Positions 60,840-64,000 of a stretch of DNA of 64,000 nt are shown here, piece by piece; position 1 is the stretch's first letter, and every line of letters begins with the position of its first letter. The position numbers were made by a program, and so were the translations under genes. The notes under the pieces are model-generated. The model ran no database searches, was not told the origin of the DNA, and worked only from the letters and a program-made list of their open reading frames with translations. This stretch comes from Bacteroidales bacterium (lineage in GTDB: Bacteria; Bacteroidota; Bacteroidia; Bacteroidales; UBA3824), in contig JAGCYI010000176.1 in the NCBI GenBank assembly GCA_017960885.1, forward strand, positions 27,047 to 91,046, written 5' to 3'.

Positions 60840-63207
60840 TTCTAAATCCAAACACCGTAATATCATCAGTTTGTTTGCGGATACCACGCCAAATTATTAG
60901 TTCTTCTTCGAGCCTTTGTTTTTGTTGAGGACAAGGAAGGTGAGCTATTTGTGATAGCAGTTGGTTGAAATCGCGGCGAGAGTATTTGCGGTTTTCGCTT
61001 ATGCCAAATTGGTCGGCATATCCATCAGAGGCGATGTAAATCATATCGCCTGTAGCTACCTCGATAGTTTCGTTTTGGAAATCGAGCTGCATAGGATATA
61101 TTCCAATGGGGCATTTTGTGGGAACATATAGTTGCAATTGGTTGTCGTGCACAATTACGAGCGGAATGTTAGCTCCTGCATATTGGATAGTTTTGCCATT
61201 GAGGAAAGCCACGGCAATATCCAAACCGTCGCGGAGTATGACAGAGTTTTGCAGGGCGGCGATAATTTTTTTTCTGAGCAGTTCGAGCACAGTGGCAGGA
61301 GAGAAGTTTTCTTCGCCAAAATGAGTGTTGAGTATGTCTTGCAAAATACTTGCCGAGAGAACGCTCATAAGTGCGCCTGGAACGCCGTGTCCTGTACAGT
61401 CAGCCACTACGCATATTTTGGTTTCGTCTATTGAGGTAACAAAGTAGAAGTCGCCTCCCACTATGTCGCAGGGTTGGTACATTACAAAGCTGTCGGGGAA
61501 TACCTTTGCTGTTTTTTCTGACGACGGATAGAAAAGCGCATCCTGAATACGTTTTGCATAGGTTAGGCTCTCCTCCATACGGCGATGGACGTTTTCAAGC
61601 TGGTTTTTCTTCTCCTCGGTCTGTTCGAGCGAGTTCATTAGGTTTTCGGTGAGGGTTTTTAACTGCTGCTCGTATTGTTTGCGTTCGGTAACGTTTCGCA
61701 CTATGCCTTCATATCCGGCAGGAGCGCCATTGCTGTCGAAGAATGTGTTGATATTGGCCTCGCAGTGAAGAGTGTTTCCTTTGCGGTTTTTTACCTTGAA
61801 AGAGAATCCTTTCACATAGCCTGTGCGTGCAATACCCTCCCAGTCTATAGAGGTGTTTACAATGTCGGTGATATTTTGACCAATAATGTCGTTGATGCTT
61901 TCGTAGCCAAAGGCATCGCAACACGAACGGCTGGCTTGTAGTATCGTTCCTTCTAAGTCTACTCTGAGATAGAGGTCGGTTAGATTGTCGATAGTGCTTT
62001 GCATCAGGCGGTTCTGCTCTATCATGTTTTTCTCTTTTTCGCGGCCTTTGGATATGTCCATCAATGAGCAGAATACTCCGAAAGGATTGTCGTTGCCGTA
62101 GGCAAAGGTAATTTTGGATACCGAGTAGCATTTCTGACCTTTGTCGAAGCATGATAAGAAATGAATTTTAAGCAGCTTTTCTGATTTTGAGTTGATAATG
62201 GCGCGGTCTTCGTCAAACACAGGGAAAAGTTCTTCTGGCAATCCCAGTTCGCGTTCGTCTTTGCCTACAAAATCATCGGGATTGAGTCCGAACGACTTGG
62301 CAAATTGACTGTTGACGAGTTCAAATTTCAAATTCTTGTTTTTAATATACACTCTTGCGGGTGTAGCCTGCAAAAACGCCTTCATTTTGTTTATCTGCTC
62401 GGCTTCGTTTTTTATTATTTTCTCGTCGTTGCCGCAGCCCAAAAATAAGAATCCTATTAGCAGGAGGCTCGATATCACTACGTACCAAATCCAAAAATTG
62501 CTGCCTATAGCGGTTTCACTTCCGCTATATGAGAATTGAAGCACACCGTAGTCGAGATTGTTGATGTCGTGGATAAACTCGTTGATAATTACAGGATTGA
62601 GCGATTGTTTTAGCTGTTCCTTGTCGCGCACATATTCTACCTCCCAGAGGTCGGAGGGAAGAATCTGCGACGCCATTTGCTGTATGTGTCCTATGGCGAG
62701 TAGGTAACCTCCCGAGTCGAGTCGTTTCTTTTCTGCGTTCTTTACTGGCACACCGTATATCACAAACAGTGTGTCGTTGAAGTATTTGTAGTATTTGAAG
62801 TGGTTGTAATACTCTATTTTGCTCGAAATTGTGCCTTTGTCGGCTTTTAACATATAGGAGTTGAGGTCGCCCGCACTGGCTATGATGTCTTCTTTGGAAC
62901 TAAGCAGAGCTATAGAGTGGATATGGTTGTCGTGCACTACATCTTCCATTTCCAATTCGCTCCAAAGTTCTTCTGCATGGTCGCTGCCTACCACTTCGGC
63001 AAGTTCGTCGTAGTTTCCGTAATCTTCCAAAAGATCAAAGTATTTTTGGTCGGCAATTTTGAAAAACGACTGTTCCCAAGCTCCTGCGCTATAAAATGTG
63101 GCGTTGGATATGCTTCCTCTGAACTTTATAAACACCATAGTGGCTACCGTAAATAATAATAAAAACACTATGGTAGCCCGTATTTTTAAGCTGATTTTCT
63201 TGCACAT
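60829..63207 (-). CDS. membrane-anchored PAS-domain SpoIIE/RsbU-type PP2C serine phosphatase
   Basis: The architecture is an N-terminal TM segment, an extracytoplasmic domain, a second TM segment, two PAS-like regions, a coiled coil, then the PP2C core (GGDFYF, VVADCTGHGVPGALMS, ASDGYADQ). Confidence 0.8.
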   Translation of the reverse strand: MCKKISLKIRATIVFLLLFTVATMVFIKFRGSISNATFYSAGAWEQSFFKIADQKYFDLLEDYGNYDELAEVVGSDHAEELWSELEMEDVVHDNHIHSIALLSSKEDIIASAGDLNSYMLKADKGTISSKIEYYNHFKYYKYFNDTLFVIYGVPVKNAEKKRLDSGGYLLAIGHIQQMASQILPSDLWEVEYVRDKEQLKQSLNPVIINEFIHDINNLDYGVLQFSYSGSETAIGSNFWIWYVVISSLLLIGFLFLGCGNDEKIIKNEAEQINKMKAFLQATPARVYIKNKNLKFELVNSQFAKSFGLNPDDFVGKDERELGLPEELFPVFDEDRAIINSKSEKLLKIHFLSCFDKGQKCYSVSKITFAYGNDNPFGVFCSLMDISKGREKEKNMIEQNRLMQSTIDNLTDLYLRVDLEGTILQASRSCCDAFGYESINDIIGQNITDIVNTSIDWEGIARTGYVKGFSFKVKNRKGNTLHCEANINTFFDSNGAPAGYEGIVRNVTERKQYEQQLKTLTENLMNSLEQTEEKKNQLENVHRRMEESLTYAKRIQDALFYPSSEKTAKVFPDSFVMYQPCDIVGGDFYFVTSIDETKICVVADCTGHGVPGALMSVLSASILQDILNTHFGEENFSPATVLELLRKKIIAALQNSVILRDGLDIAVAFLNGKTIQYAGANIPLVIVHDNQLQLYVPTKCPIGIYPMQLDFQNETIEVATGDMIYIASDGYADQFGISENRKYSRRDFNQLLSQIAHLPCPQQKQRLEEELIIWRGIRKQTDDITVFGFRINA

Positions 63208-63370
63208 ATCATAATTCTAAGTTAATTCCTTCTTTATAATAAATCAAAAACTGAACCTTTGTGTGTAAATTAATCTCAAAGGTATAAGATTTTTTTGTTA
63301 AATATACGGATATTACCAAGAAAAGGAATAACTTTGCGCCATAATATTTTATAAAAAAATACATTTTGAT

Positions 63371-64000
63371 ATGATGACCTCAAAGGAAATACGCAAAGCC
63401 TTTTTGGATTTTTTTGCGTCGAAGCAGCATAAGATTGTGCCCTCGGCACCTATGGTTGTGAAAAACGACCCTACCCTGATGTTTACCAACGCAGGTATGA
63501 ACCAGTTTAAAGACATTTTCCTCGGCAACGAACCCGCGGCAAGCAAGCGTGTGGCCGACAGTCAGAAGTGCCTCCGCGTGTCGGGCAAGCACAACGACCT
63601 CGAAGAAGTGGGTCACGACACCTACCACCACACTATGTTCGAGATGCTTGGCAACTGGAGCTTCGGCGACTATTTCAAAAAAGAGATTATCGACTGGGCT
63701 TGGGAGTTTCTCGTAGATGTGCTTCATCTCGACACCAGCCGCCTCTACGCCACTGTTTTTGAGGGCGCAAAGGATGAGAACCTCGAAGCCGACGACGAGG
63801 CCCGCGGATACTGGCTCAAACACCTTCCCGCCGACCGCGTGATTATGGGCAACAAGCACGACAACTTCTGGGAAATGGGCGCAACTGGTCCTTGCGGTCC
63901 TTGCAGCGAGATACATATCGACCTCCGCAGCGACGAGGAGCGTGCTAAGCTTCCCGGCGTGAAACTCGTTAACCAGAGCCATCCCCAGGTGATTGAGATT
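63371..64000 (+). CDS. alaS: alanine--tRNA ligase, 5' partial (runs off the window; absent from the ORF track)
   Basis: Manual translation from ATG 63371 gives [52 protein letters not shown]...[40 protein letters not shown], the class II AlaRS N-terminal signature. A TAacTTTG box lies at 63329-63336. Confidence 0.95.
   Translation, partial: MMTSKEIRKAFLDFFASKQHKIVPSAPMVVKNDPTLMFTNAGMNQFKDIFLGNEPAASKRVADSQKCLRVSGKHNDLEEVGHDTYHHTMFEMLGNWSFGDYFKKEIIDWAWEFLVDVLHLDTSRLYATVFEGAKDENLEADDEARGYWLKHLPADRVIMGNKHDNFWEMGATGPCGPCSEIHIDLRSDEERAKLPGVKLVNQSHPQVIEI

Noticed and set aside
60734-60928. 64-aa ORF translating the heptamer microsatellite (YALCIMHYALCIMHYAL...)
   Set aside because: It is a translation of the (GCATTAT)n tract and overlaps both the terminator and the 3' end of the PP2C gene.
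63380-63982. 200-aa minus-strand ORF at the right edge
   Set aside because: It is antisense to the clear alaS N-terminus ([20 protein letters not shown]...), which the ORF track omits because alaS has no stop codon inside the window.

Overview
This is a Bacteroidales-type chromosomal segment. Evidence for that: a UpxY-family antiterminator, TTTG/TAnnTTTG promoter motifs, DUF1573 and a long NusB, and T9SS C-terminal sorting domains. No rRNA, tRNA, CRISPR array, transposase or integrase was recognised. All family calls come from reading motifs in the ORF translations; no database search was possible.

(1) 0.1-24.5 kb is a single-strand, UpxY-led capsule/glycan locus of about 27 genes. By eye its base composition is mosaic. 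It encodes:
- wzx, a wzy-like polymerase and several glycosyltransferases;
- a split CDP-ribitol synthase plus a LicD phosphotransferase;
- a pyruvyl transferase;
- a Kdn-type nonulosonic acid cassette: a NeuB-like synthase, a fused cytidylyltransferase/HAD phosphatase, a CBS-PMI cupin and a GT52-like transferase;
- a PglC/PglD/PglE-like amino-sugar triad that is split apart by other genes;
- a Panacea-domain toxin-antitoxin pair with its own consensus promoter, inserted inside the nonulosonate cassette;
- a second initiation module combining an HpcH aldolase, a PLP decarboxylase and a class IV aminotransferase.

(2) 24.7-47.2 kb is mostly housekeeping: rimO, psd, cdsA, ftsH, rsfS, rsmA, a TamA/BamA-like protein, a TrmH-like methyltransferase, yajC and nusB. 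It also holds a VOC plus Zn-ribbon ThrC-like operon, an orphan PAS/GAF histidine kinase, a HEAT-cyclophilin lipoprotein and a stand-alone secreted GH24 lysozyme.

(3) 47.3-63.2 kb is a surface-protein region:
- a roughly 746-aa T9SS beta-helix cargo;
- a roughly 410-bp nested tandem-repeat array (8 x 24 bp interleaved with 3 x 72-73 bp);
- a helical hypothetical protein;
- a roughly 650-bp AT-rich control region with reiterated ATACAAT/ATTGTAT sites;
- a roughly 3,020-aa T9SS giant protein;
- a membrane PAS-PP2C phosphatase.
The window ends in the 5' part of alaS, which the ORF track does not list.

A dispersed family of ATGCAT-core (GCATTAT)n arrays occurs five times, only at gene ends or in intergenic DNA.
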